Notes: a model not told the origin generated them from the sequence alone. DNA of 16,176 nucleotides from a bacterium (GCA_044869275.1 JBIOXB010000176.1:1-16176); one strand, 5' to 3'; shown: positions 1 through 8,181, counted from the stretch's first letter. Translations and numbers: made by a program.

Positions 1-12
1 AGGTTTTTGAAA

Positions 13-39
13 ATCCGCTTTATCCGTTCAATCCGCTTA
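13..39. repeat. Three tandem 9-nt units (atccgcttt/atccgttca/atccgctta); probably one arm of a periodic palindromic element whose other arm lies upstream of the window
   Basis: ATCCG recurs at 13, 22 and 31 (exact 9-nt period). That the partner arm lies outside the window is inference. Confidence 0.55.
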
Positions 40-64
40 AATGAAATGGGAGCTGAATGGTAAT

Positions 65-137
65 ACAACGTTAAGTCAACGCCACCACCAGGGATGACAG
101 TACTGGTTTTTTGGGCAAAAAGCAGACTTAACATTGT
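65..137. mobile_element. Short/degenerate MITE-like element, copy 1 of the GACAATGTTAAG-ended type
   Basis: Ends acaacgttaagtc (65-77) and gacttaacattgt (125-137) are inverted repeats (12/13). It contains gggatgaca (91-99), also present in the adjacent longer copy. Confidence 0.5.
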
Positions 138-147
138 CGTAATAGCC

Positions 148-292
148 TGACAATGTTAACTTCGCTGACCTCACCCGATTCATGTCATCCCGGAGGGATC
201 TTTTTCTGCACTTGGTATTGTGCTTATGCTGAGAAAGATCCCGCAAGGCGGGATGACAAAAAGTGCGTGAGACACGCAACTTAACATTGTCA
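148..292. mobile_element. MITE-like element, copy 2: terminal inverted repeats around a REP-like palindrome
   Basis: TIRs tgacaatgttaactt (148-162) / aacttaacattgtca (278-292), 14/15. Internal perfect IRs tgtcatcccg (183-192) / cgggatgaca (249-258) and gggatcttt (195-203) / aaagatccc (234-242). No credible CDS and no clear target-site duplication. Confidence 0.65.
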
Positions 293-332
293 AGATAGTT
301 ATCTAACTGAAAAAAATGACTCTCGGCCGGAA

Positions 333-1586
333 TCACTTTGCGGCATCGAGTTTTTCGATGGTGGCGGTTGAAGCAGGCCGCGAGTTCTGCAAACGGCGGG
401 CAGTTGCTTCGGCTGCACGCAACACGCGCAACATGTTCTCACCTGCCAGCTTTTTGAGATCCGCGTCGCTCCAGCCGCGGCGAATCAGCTCGGCAAACAA
501 ATACGGGAATTTGGAAACGTCTTCGAGGCCCTCGGGCATATCGCCGCCGCCCCAATAGTCACTGCCGACCGCGACGTGATCTATGCCCGCGACTTTGCGC
601 GCATGCGCGAAGTGATCGGCGACGTGACGAAGCGTGGCACGTGGCCGGGGATTTTGCGCCGCGTATTCTGCGCGCACGCGCGACTGCTCCGCTGCCGCCA
701 CGCCGTCCAGGCGTTTTGCCAAAGCCGCTTCCCAATCCGCCACCGCCTGCGACACGAAATCGGGGATGAACGTCACCATCACCACGCCGCCGTTTTTAGC
801 GAGCCGGGTGAGAATCGAATCCGGTACATTGCGGCGATGGTCTGTGAGCGCGCGGGCGGAAGAATGCGAAAAAATCACCGGCGCTTCGCTGGTTTGCATG
901 GCATCACTCATCACTTTCGGGGAAACATGCGAGAGATCGATCAACATGCCCAAGCGATTCATCTCGCGCACGACTTCTTTGCCGAAAGCCGTGAGCCCGT
1001 TGTGCCTGGGCTTGTCGAGCGCCGCGTCGACCCAATCCAGAGTCACATTGTGCGTGAGCGTCATGTAGCGCACACCCAGCAAGTAGTAAGCGCGCAAGGC
1101 GCCGAGCGAATTTTCTATCGCATGCCCTCCTTCCATGCCCAGCAGTGAAGCGATTTTCCCTTGCTTGAATGCCGCTTCGATATCCTCCGCCGTGAGCGCG
1201 AGCATCAGGCTTTCGGGATAGCGCGCGATCATGCGGCGGGCGATGTCGATTTGCTCCAACTGCACTTTGGCGTATCCTTCAGCCTTGATTTCTCCGGGAA
1301 CATAAACCGACCAGAACTGTGCGCCGACGTGGCCTGCACGCAAACGCGGCAAATCCGTGTCGTTCGGCGTGCGCTGCCGCAAATCGTAGGCCTCGACCTC
1401 GCGCGGCGCCTGCCGGTATTCACGAATCACCCAGGGCAGATCGTTGTGGCCGTCAATTAACGGCGTGGACTGCAGCAGCTCACGGGCGTGTTGGAGGGTT
1501 ATGTCATCCGCGGCGGAAGTTTGAGCTTGGAGTGAAGCGAAGCAAAAGAGGGATAAAACGAGAAGAACAAAAACCAAGTTTTTCAT
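333..1586 (-). CDS. Secreted membrane/renal-type dipeptidase (peptidase M19, amidohydrolase fold)
   Basis: Motifs IDGHND, GAQFWSVYV, GMEGGH, YMTLTH, DLSH, FSHS, GSDY. Sec signal MKNLVFVLLVLSLFCFASLQA. ATG 1586 chosen because AAGGA lies 8 nt upstream; the ORF-track start at 1595 overlaps that RBS. Confidence 0.93.
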   Translation of the reverse strand: MKNLVFVLLVLSLFCFASLQAQTSAADDITLQHARELLQSTPLIDGHNDLPWVIREYRQAPREVEAYDLRQRTPNDTDLPRLRAGHVGAQFWSVYVPGEIKAEGYAKVQLEQIDIARRMIARYPESLMLALTAEDIEAAFKQGKIASLLGMEGGHAIENSLGALRAYYLLGVRYMTLTHNVTLDWVDAALDKPRHNGLTAFGKEVVREMNRLGMLIDLSHVSPKVMSDAMQTSEAPVIFSHSSARALTDHRRNVPDSILTRLAKNGGVVMVTFIPDFVSQAVADWEAALAKRLDGVAAAEQSRVRAEYAAQNPRPRATLRHVADHFAHARKVAGIDHVAVGSDYWGGGDMPEGLEDVSKFPYLFAELIRRGWSDADLKKLAGENMLRVLRAAEATARRLQNSRPASTATIEKLDAAK

Positions 1587-1685
1587 CAACACCATCCTTC
1601 GGAATCAGCTATTCGTGCGGCTAAAAACGCCGCAATGCGGATAATGCATTCATTGCAGAGCTTCCATCGTTGCCATGAAAGCTCT

Positions 1686-1804
1686 CAGACTGTGTGAAAA
1701 CGCTTGGTTTCAACGCCGGCTGAGCTTGTCGAAGCCGGATTTTTTGAACTTAGCACCCTTCGACAAGCTCAGGGTGCGGCATTCCCATGTTTTCATACAG
1801 TCTG
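1686..1804. mobile_element. 119-bp MITE-like element with a REP-like core
   Basis: TIRs cagactgtgtgaaaac (1686-1701) / gttttcatacagtctg (1789-1804), 15/16. Internal perfect 15-bp IR ctgagcttgtcgaag (1720-1734) / cttcgacaagctcag (1758-1772). Small stem gcaccct...agggtgc (1753-1777). Confidence 0.75.
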
Positions 1805-1825
1805 TCTGCTCATGTCTGTCGTTTT

Positions 1826-2422
1826 TTACTGGCCCGGCGCTGGGGGCATGCCGGCCGGAGGCACCGGCAGAGGCACTTTATTTCTCACCGGCGGCAAAGT
1901 GCGCAAATACGCCCACAAGGCTTTCAAATCGCTATCAGTTGCAAACTGCAAATCCTGCCACGGCATGGGCGGCAAAATATCGCGGCCATTGGGCTGGCCC
2001 TGATGCTTGCCTGTGCGCAGGGCGGCGATGAACGTCTCCTCAGTCCATTCCGCAATGCCGGTGGCAGAATCAGGTGTGAGATTAAATGCAAAGCTCACGC
2101 CCCAGGGGCCGGCCCAAGAACTCAACATGGGGTCGGTCAATGCCATGGCGTTGCGTTTTTGCAAATCATCCGGCGTCCAGGTTGGATATGGCGCGTTTTC
2201 GGGGTGGCCGGAAAGCAACTTGGTGGTGTCAGGAATGGGCAGGCCGCCTGGCCCGATGATCTTCGGTGTATGGCAATCATGGCACCCGGCGATGATCGTG
2301 AGATACTTTCCGCGCGCCACCGCATCGTCCGGCTTTTGCGCCGTCGCTTCAGGCTGTTGCTTGCAGCCCAAGCCTGCCAGCAGCACTGTCGCGGCCAAAA
2401 CTGCTTTGATCAACTTGTGCAT
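1826..2422 (-). CDS. Monoheme c-type cytochrome lipoprotein, paralogue A
   Basis: One CxxCH (CHDCH) after ARGKYL; NLTPD..TGI..W and PPMPW (likely distal Met), as in the cytochrome c domains of gluconate/alcohol dehydrogenase cytochrome subunits. Lipoprotein signal ending GLGC (Cys20). RBS GGAGG before ATG 2422. Confidence 0.9.
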   Translation of the reverse strand: MHKLIKAVLAATVLLAGLGCKQQPEATAQKPDDAVARGKYLTIIAGCHDCHTPKIIGPGGLPIPDTTKLLSGHPENAPYPTWTPDDLQKRNAMALTDPMLSSWAGPWGVSFAFNLTPDSATGIAEWTEETFIAALRTGKHQGQPNGRDILPPMPWQDLQFATDSDLKALWAYLRTLPPVRNKVPLPVPPAGMPPAPGQ

Positions 2423-2468
2423 GGCTTCCTCCTTCAGAATATTGCACAATGAAGAAATAATGAGTGAT

Positions 2469-3143
2469 TCAGCTTGCAGCCTGCCTCTGCATTTGTCGAA
2501 TCTCTGGGACGGTGAGAATACGGGTTTCTGTTGGTGGGTTCTCGACAGCCCAGACGAGGGCGGCAATCATTTGTTCCAATTTTACGAGCCCCAAACGTTG
2601 TGCGATTTCTCGCTTGGAAGGTATACGCTCAAACAGCCAATACAATGGCATCAGCACATAAGGCCAGCGATGTCCGGGGCCAAGCACATACCACGGCCGT
2701 AGAATCGTCGCAGGCATGCCACTGCTGCGAATGATCGCTTCGCATTCCGCGCGTGTTTGCCAATACTCCTGCATGATCGGCGCCGGATGCGCGACGCTGA
2801 CATAAACGAAATGTCTGATCCCCGCCTCTTTTGCTGCCGGAACCGCGGCTTGCACCGAAGCCAGATCGATGGTGCGAAACTGCTCGGATTTGGCAGGATT
2901 GGGGTGCGAGACACCGAGGAGATGCACGAAGGTATTTGCCGGCCGGATTCTGCCCTGGAAAGATTCCTTTGCCAATGCATTGCCCAAGATGATTTCACAA
3001 CCGGACGGAAGTTTCGAGGTGGATCCCGGGCGCGCTAACGCGCGAGTTTTGTGGCCGAGGCGCAGCAATTCCGCAATGAGGCGGCAGCCGAGGTAGCCGC
3101 TGCCGCCGGTAATGAAAACGTGGTGCGAGGAAGGTGCGGGCAT
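2469..3143 (-). CDS. Atypical SDR / NAD(P)-binding epimerase-dehydratase-like protein (NDUFA9/NmrA-like)
   Basis: Rossmann motif FITGGSGYLG, HFVYVS, Y-x3-R in place of YxxxK (YWQTR), TILRPWYVLGPG. Starts 12 nt after the ferritin stop. Confidence 0.85.
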   Translation of the reverse strand: MPAPSSHHVFITGGSGYLGCRLIAELLRLGHKTRALARPGSTSKLPSGCEIILGNALAKESFQGRIRPANTFVHLLGVSHPNPAKSEQFRTIDLASVQAAVPAAKEAGIRHFVYVSVAHPAPIMQEYWQTRAECEAIIRSSGMPATILRPWYVLGPGHRWPYVLMPLYWLFERIPSKREIAQRLGLVKLEQMIAALVWAVENPPTETRILTVPEIRQMQRQAAS

Positions 3144-3155
3144 CAAAAACCTCGC

Positions 3156-3653
3156 TCACTCTTCCGCAGCGCGCGCGAGCAATTCGCGATCGAGCAGCAA
3201 CAAGCCGGGCTTGTCCTCGCCGATCATTTTCAAGCGCTCGACGATGCCGCTGGCGTTTTTCTCTTCTTCGACTTGCTCGCTGATGAACCACTGCAAATGT
3301 ACTTGTGTGGCGTAGTCGTTTTCTTTGATGGCGAGCGCGTAGAGATTGTTGATCAACGCCGTGACTTTGCGTTCGTGTTCCAGCGTCTGCTGGGTCATTT
3401 CCAGCGGCGTTTTGTACTCCGCCGCCGGCGCGGGAATGGCCTGGAGCAGCACGCGGCCGCCGCGATCGTGGGTATAATCGAACAGCTTGAGCGCGTGCGA
3501 TACCTCTTCACGGCTCTGCACGCGCATCCAATGTGCGAAGCCCTTGAGATTCACCGACTCGCAAAAAGCCGCCATTGCCAAATAAACGTACGCGGAATGC
3601 AATTCGGCTCTAATCTGCTCGTTGATCGCATCCTGAACGGTTCTGCTGATCAT
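3156..3653 (-). CDS. ftnA: Non-heme ferritin
   Basis: 165 aa. INEQIRAELHSAYVYLAMA, REEVSHA, LEHERKVT, LQWFISEQVEEE: the ferroxidase-centre residues of bacterial Ftn. RBS AAGGAG before ATG 3653. Confidence 0.93.
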   Translation of the reverse strand: MISRTVQDAINEQIRAELHSAYVYLAMAAFCESVNLKGFAHWMRVQSREEVSHALKLFDYTHDRGGRVLLQAIPAPAAEYKTPLEMTQQTLEHERKVTALINNLYALAIKENDYATQVHLQWFISEQVEEEKNASGIVERLKMIGEDKPGLLLLDRELLARAAEE

Positions 3654-3712
3654 GGCATTCTCCTTTCCGAAACATGTGTATGAGTTTTTCGTCCAATGCT
3701 TAGCACCGGGAA

Positions 3713-3741
3713 AATATGAATTATTTGCCGGTAAAGCGCAA
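3713..3741 (-). promoter_or_regulatory. Candidate sigma-70 promoter for the ferritin gene run
   Basis: Minus strand TTGCGC-N17-CATATT about 60 nt upstream of the ferritin start. Weak consensus match only. Confidence 0.3.
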
Positions 3742-3978
3742 GTGCGGAATGTATTCGCCACCGGCGGATTCGTTTTTGAAAAAATAGTGGCATCCCGTGA
3801 AAGGTATGATTATTGTTAGTTCAGACAGGCAGTCCCCTAGGGCCCGAGCTCCAGCTTCAACCGCGGCCGGACACTCATCTCTGTTCTTGAAGAAATCAGG
3901 AGGAGAGCGGTCAAATTCCTGCATTTGATTTTCGGCAAATATCAAACGCAGGAAGAGCATAGAAATCCGGAGGTGCAT

Positions 3979-4440
3979 ATGTCATTTTGGATGGAAACCG
4001 CCACGCTGCTGTGGTTCGTCGTCGGACTCGTGCTGGCGCTGGCCGAGTTCATCATGCCCGGCTTGGTGATCATTTTCTTCGGCGCGGGCGCGTGGATCAC
4101 CGCGCTGGCACTGATGCTCGGCGTCATTGCTTCTTTCAACGAGCAGCTTCTCGTGTTTCTCGCCTCCTCGATCATGTCGCTGATCGTCTTTCGCAAGCAC
4201 GGCCAGCACTATTTCGAGGGCAAAGTTTCCGGCAAGCTAGCGCCCGGCGAGTCGCTGGAAGAGGTGCGTGGCCAAAAAGCAATCGCACTCACTGCCATCA
4301 AACCGAAAGCGCTCGGCGGCAAGGTCGAATATAACGGCTCTCCCTGGCCGGCGGAAGCCGAAGTTGAGATCGAACCCGGCACGGTCGTGGAAATCATCAC
4401 CCGCCACAATCTCACTTTGAAGGTCAAACCTTTAAGGTAG
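3979..4440 (+). CDS. nfeD: Short NfeD family membrane protein (YbbJ-like)
   Basis: N-terminal TM helices (WFVVGLVLALAEFIMPGLVIIFFGAGA), C-terminal OB-fold motif GKVEYNGSPWPA and L-x-V-x-P end. RBS GGAGGT. Directly upstream of an SPFH gene, the canonical pairing. Confidence 0.9.
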   Translation: MSFWMETATLLWFVVGLVLALAEFIMPGLVIIFFGAGAWITALALMLGVIASFNEQLLVFLASSIMSLIVFRKHGQHYFEGKVSGKLAPGESLEEVRGQKAIALTAIKPKALGGKVEYNGSPWPAEAEVEIEPGTVVEIITRHNLTLKVKPLR

Positions 4441-4488
4441 CACCGCGCGGTGCAAATGGCTCACTGGCGAAAGGTTAAGGAGGAAGGC

Positions 4489-5439
4489 ATGCAGTTGCAG
4501 ACCATCATCATTATCGGATTGATTCTCTTCGCGCTCGTCACACTCGCGCGCACCGCGATCGTGGTGCCGCAAAAAACGGTTTTTATCGTCGAGCGCCTGG
4601 GCAAATATCACGGCACGCTCGAGGCCGGCTTTCATATCCTGCTGCCGTTCGTGGATCGCATTTCTTACCGGCATTCGCTCAAGGAAACGGTGATCGACGT
4701 GCCGCCGCAGACCTGCATCACCAAAGACAACATCCAGGTGGAAGTGGATGGCGTGCTCTACATGCAGGTGGTGGATCCGGTGAAGGCCTCTTACGGGATC
4801 AGTGATTATCGCTTCGCCTCCATTCAGCTTTCGCAAACCACCATGCGCAGCGAAGTGGGCAAGATCGAGCTCGACCGCACTTTTGAAGAGCGCGAGAAGA
4901 TCAATCACGAGATCGTCAACGCCGTGGACAAAGCCTCGGATCCCTGGGGCATCAAAGTGACGCGCTATGAGGTGAAAAACATCGTGCCGCCTGCGGGCAT
5001 TCGAGACGCCATGGAAAAGCAGATGCGCGCCGAGCGCGAAAAGCGCGCCTTGATCGCGGAATCCGAAGGCGACAAGCAAGCCAAGATCAATCGCGCCGAA
5101 GGCGACAAACAGGAGGCGATTGCGCGCTCCGAGGGAGAGAAGATGAAACGCATCAACGAAGCCGAAGGGCGTGCGCAGGAGATCGAGCGCGTGGCGCTGG
5201 CCACCGGCAAGGGCATTCGCGAAATCGCCTTGGCGATCAACGAAAAAGGCGGGCTGGACGCGGTGAATTTGCGCATTGCGGAACAGTATCTCGGCGAGTT
5301 CGGCAAGCTCGCGCAGAAGAACAATGCCATGATCATTCCTTCGAATCTCTCGGACGTGGCGGGCATGGTGGCCGCCGTAGGCAAGATTTTCAGTGATTTG
5401 CGGGCAACGCCGCAGGGCGGCAGCACGACGAAAGCCTAG
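4489..5439 (+). CDS. SPFH/band 7 (paraslipin, QmcA-like) membrane protein
   Basis: N-terminal TM; IVERLGKY..TL..GFHILLPFVDRI, CITKDN, QTTMRSEVG, WGIKVTRYEVKNI, AMEKQMRAEREKRA; AEG coiled-coil repeats; C-terminal IAEQY...IIP. RBS AAGGAGG. Confidence 0.95.
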   Translation: MQLQTIIIIGLILFALVTLARTAIVVPQKTVFIVERLGKYHGTLEAGFHILLPFVDRISYRHSLKETVIDVPPQTCITKDNIQVEVDGVLYMQVVDPVKASYGISDYRFASIQLSQTTMRSEVGKIELDRTFEEREKINHEIVNAVDKASDPWGIKVTRYEVKNIVPPAGIRDAMEKQMRAEREKRALIAESEGDKQAKINRAEGDKQEAIARSEGEKMKRINEAEGRAQEIERVALATGKGIREIALAINEKGGLDAVNLRIAEQYLGEFGKLAQKNNAMIIPSNLSDVAGMVAAVGKIFSDLRATPQGGSTTKA

Positions 5440-5440
5440 C

Positions 5441-6460
5441 ATGAACCTGACCCTCACCACTCGCCGCCTCGAGCTCAAGCACACCTGGACCATTGCGCGC
5501 GGCTCGGCGGATTTCAAGGAGTACCATTACCTCGCGCTCGCGCACCAGGGCGTGACCGGCTATGGCGAAGCCGCGCACAATGTGCGTTACGGCGAGAGCC
5601 TGGAAAGCATCCGCGCCTTTCTCGAGGCCAGCCGGGATTTGTTGCGTGAAGCCGAGCCCTGGCATTTTTACAATCTTTCCGGAAAATTTCATGCTTTTGG
5701 CGAAGGCCAAAACGCCGCCAAAGCCGCGCTCGATATGGCCCTGCTCGATTGGGTGGCAAAAAATCTCGGCGTGCCGCTTTACCGTTTTTGGGGACTGGAC
5801 AAAAACAAAATCCCGGTCACGAGCTATTCCATTGGCATCGACCGTCCGGAAATCATGCAGGAAAAAATTCAGGCGGCGGCGGACTTTCCCATTCTCAAAA
5901 TCAAACTGGGGAGTGAACAGGACGAGGCCAGCATGCGCGCCGTGCGAGAGGCCACGGACCGCACCGTGCGCGTTGACGCCAACGAAGGCTGGAGAGATCG
6001 GCAGGAAGCTTTGGAAAAAATTCAATGGCTGAAAGAGCTCGGCGTCGAATTTGTCGAACAACCCATGCCCGCCCATCGCTGGGATGACGTCGCCTGGCTG
6101 CGCGCACATTCGCCTTTGCCCCTGGTCGCAGATGAAGACGTGCGCACGGTGAAAGATATTCCCGCGCTGGCGCAAGCTTACGATGGCATCAACATTAAAA
6201 TCATGAAAGCCGGCGGCTTGCAGGAAGCGCTGCGCATGATTCACGTGGCGCGTGCGCACGGCTTGAAAATCATGCTGGGCTGCATGGTAGAAAGCTCGCT
6301 CGGCATCACGGCTGCAGCCCATCTTTCGCCGCTGGTGGACTGGGCGGATTTAGACGGTAATTTGTTGATCAAGAATGATCCGTATCGCGGCGCCACGATA
6401 CAACAAGGCCGGTTGCTGTTGCCGGACGAACCGGGACTGGGTGTGCATGAAGTGGCATGA
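5441..6460 (+). CDS. Dipeptide epimerase (L-Ala-D/L-Glu epimerase group, enolase superfamily)
   Basis: TIARG loop, GYGEA, catalytic KIKLG, metal ligands DANEG / EQP / ADE, second Lys in NIK, GCMVES, and the DLDG (DxD) motif of dipeptide epimerases. ATG 1 nt after the SPFH stop. Confidence 0.92.
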   Translation: MNLTLTTRRLELKHTWTIARGSADFKEYHYLALAHQGVTGYGEAAHNVRYGESLESIRAFLEASRDLLREAEPWHFYNLSGKFHAFGEGQNAAKAALDMALLDWVAKNLGVPLYRFWGLDKNKIPVTSYSIGIDRPEIMQEKIQAAADFPILKIKLGSEQDEASMRAVREATDRTVRVDANEGWRDRQEALEKIQWLKELGVEFVEQPMPAHRWDDVAWLRAHSPLPLVADEDVRTVKDIPALAQAYDGINIKIMKAGGLQEALRMIHVARAHGLKIMLGCMVESSLGITAAAHLSPLVDWADLDGNLLIKNDPYRGATIQQGRLLLPDEPGLGVHEVA

Positions 6461-7467
6461 CCATGAACATTCCCCATAGCATGCGTGCGATGGTTTTGGA
6501 AGCGCCGCGCCAGACCCTGCGCATGATCGAAATGCCCGTGCCGCAGCCGTCTGCGGAACAGCTTCTCATTCGCGTGCACGCTTGCGGTGTGTGCCGGACG
6601 GATTTGCATGTTTTTGATGGTGAGCTCGCCCACCCCAAATTGCCTTTGATATTAGGGCATGAGATTGCCGGGACCGTCGTGCGCATCGGGGAACAGACAG
6701 CAAACTTCAGAATAGGTGATCGCGTCGGCGTGCCCTGGCTGGGGTCGACTTGCGGGCGCTGCCGTTACTGTCGAAAGGGCCAGGAAAATTTGTGCGACTA
6801 TCCCGGTTTCACAGGCTACACGCTGGATGGCGGTTATGCCGAGTATACCGTGGCGCATCAAAAATACTGTTTGCCACTGCCGGAGCATTATCAGGATGCC
6901 GAGGCCTCGCCGCTGCTCTGCGCGGGATTGATCGGTTATCGTTCGTACCGCATGACCGGCGCCGGCGTGGACCGTCTGGGAATCTACGGCTTCGGCGCGG
7001 CAGCGCATATCATCGCGCAAATTGCGGTGCATCAGGGCAAGCGGGTGTATGCTTTCACGCGCGCCGGTGATACCCATGCGCAGGAATTTGCGCGCCAGCT
7101 CGGCGCGGTTTGGGCGGGTGATTCCAATGCACTGCCGCCGGAAAAACTCGATGCTGCGATTATTTTTGCGCCCGTGGGCGAATTGGTGGTTGCGGCGTTG
7201 CGCGCGGTGGATAAAGGCGGTGTGGTGGTTTGCGGCGGCATTCACATGAGCGACATTCCGGCATTTTCTTATCGTCTACTCTGGGAAGAACGCGTGGTGC
7301 GCTCCGTGGCCAATCTCACCCGGCAAGATGGCGATGAGCTGCTGCGCCTGGCGCCGCAAGTGCCGGTACGAACGCACGTGCAAACATTTCCGCTCGCACA
7401 AGCGAATGAAGCGCTGCTAAGTTTGCGGGAAGGAAAAATTCAAGGCGCGGGGGTGCTGGTGATGTAA
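6457..7467 (+). CDS. Zinc-dependent alcohol dehydrogenase family protein (AdhP-like MDR)
   Basis: CGVCRTDLH, GHE, structural Zn CGRCRYC...NLC, LLCAG, GIYGFGAAA. ATGA overlap with the epimerase stop; the start could instead be 6463 or 6481. Confidence 0.93.
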   Translation: MTMNIPHSMRAMVLEAPRQTLRMIEMPVPQPSAEQLLIRVHACGVCRTDLHVFDGELAHPKLPLILGHEIAGTVVRIGEQTANFRIGDRVGVPWLGSTCGRCRYCRKGQENLCDYPGFTGYTLDGGYAEYTVAHQKYCLPLPEHYQDAEASPLLCAGLIGYRSYRMTGAGVDRLGIYGFGAAAHIIAQIAVHQGKRVYAFTRAGDTHAQEFARQLGAVWAGDSNALPPEKLDAAIIFAPVGELVVAALRAVDKGGVVVCGGIHMSDIPAFSYRLLWEERVVRSVANLTRQDGDELLRLAPQVPVRTHVQTFPLAQANEALLSLREGKIQGAGVLVM

Positions 7468-7474
7468 ATTCGTT

Positions 7475-7936
7475 TCACTTCTTGTCGATCTCCTCCGCAG
7501 TCACGATCAAAGTTTCATAAAAAAAGATGCCCATCCCCACCAAAAACGCCGTCCAGATGACGTACATCACGAGCGTCAAAGTTTGAAATGAAGCCGGGGC
7601 CTTACCTTCTGCATTACTCCCGGCTTTGGTTGGCGTTTTCGCGCCGTCGGTTGAATCCGCGGCGACAGAAAGTTTGGTGATGCTGCCGTCTTTCTCGACA
7701 TGGACCGTGATAATGTCGTATTGGCTTTTCACCACGCGGTAAAGCTTCATCGGCGCGGGCAAAGCTAAAACCCCGATCGCCGTGACCAGCATTGTGCAGG
7801 TGATAATGCGGCTCAGCGTCATCCGGCCGCCGGCAAAATAGCCGACGATATAAAGTAGAACGCCCACCGTCAAAGCAATCCACATTATGGTTGGGCTCAT
7901 GCCCGCAATGAGGGGTAGGATGTCACTATCGAACAT
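7475..7936 (-). CDS. Hypothetical membrane protein (about 3 TM, 153 aa)
   Basis: GGAG RBS before ATG 7936 (MFDSDILP). Three hydrophobic segments, a polar loop between the second and third, acidic/basic tail. Candidate promoters upstream. No family recognised. Confidence 0.7.
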   Translation of the reverse strand: MFDSDILPLIAGMSPTIMWIALTVGVLLYIVGYFAGGRMTLSRIITCTMLVTAIGVLALPAPMKLYRVVKSQYDIITVHVEKDGSITKLSVAADSTDGAKTPTKAGSNAEGKAPASFQTLTLVMYVIWTAFLVGMGIFFYETLIVTAEEIDKK

Positions 7937-8073
7937 GCCGTCTCCAGGAAAGGGGCATCCTACCGCTGATGAGAGTTCTTTTCCGTGCCTGCAATGCCGA
8001 GGACCGAGGCATAACAACTCGTTCACCAAGATTCTGAAATCTTCCGGGCTTTAGACTACTCGTGCCGCGATAA

Positions 8074-8102
8074 AAGTTATAAAAACTATGCTGCAAAGTC
8101 AA
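8074..8102 (-). promoter_or_regulatory. Candidate sigma-70 promoter P1 of the 3-TM gene
   Basis: Minus strand TTGACT-N17-TAACTT. Confidence 0.45.
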
Positions 8103-8181
8103 TTCTCCTCATTCACTTTGCTGCACTTGTAGCGAAGGGCAGTTTTGAACGCTGGTTCAGCACCTGCAAGATTTCCGCAAT

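Noticed and set aside
65..292. CRISPR array suggested by the recurring ttaacattgtc motif
   Set aside because: Copies alternate in orientation, are only 11-15 nt long and irregularly spaced; no cas genes in the window.
1826..2422. Calling the cytochromes diheme or multiheme
   Set aside because: Each protein has only one CxxCH.
3712..3727. Fur box upstream of ferritin (aaatatgaattatttg)
   Set aside because: Only a short AT-rich dyad with a poor match to GATAATGATAATCATTATC.
3785..3900. tRNA-Sec, 6S RNA or a known riboswitch in the ferritin-nfeD spacer
   Set aside because: No cloverleaf, T-loop or recognisable conserved core found by eye; a covariance-model search is needed.
3806..3928. 40-codon ORF MIIVSSDRQSPRAR... 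upstream of nfeD
   Set aside because: The RBS-like AAGG abuts the ATG, the composition is not protein-like and there is no motif.
4432..6322. Long antisense ORFs 4432-5517 and 5390-6322 (likewise 2007-2702, 3051-3683, 8486-9322, 13174-14097)
   Set aside because: They are shadows of well-supported genes on the opposite strand in GC-rich DNA and carry no motifs.
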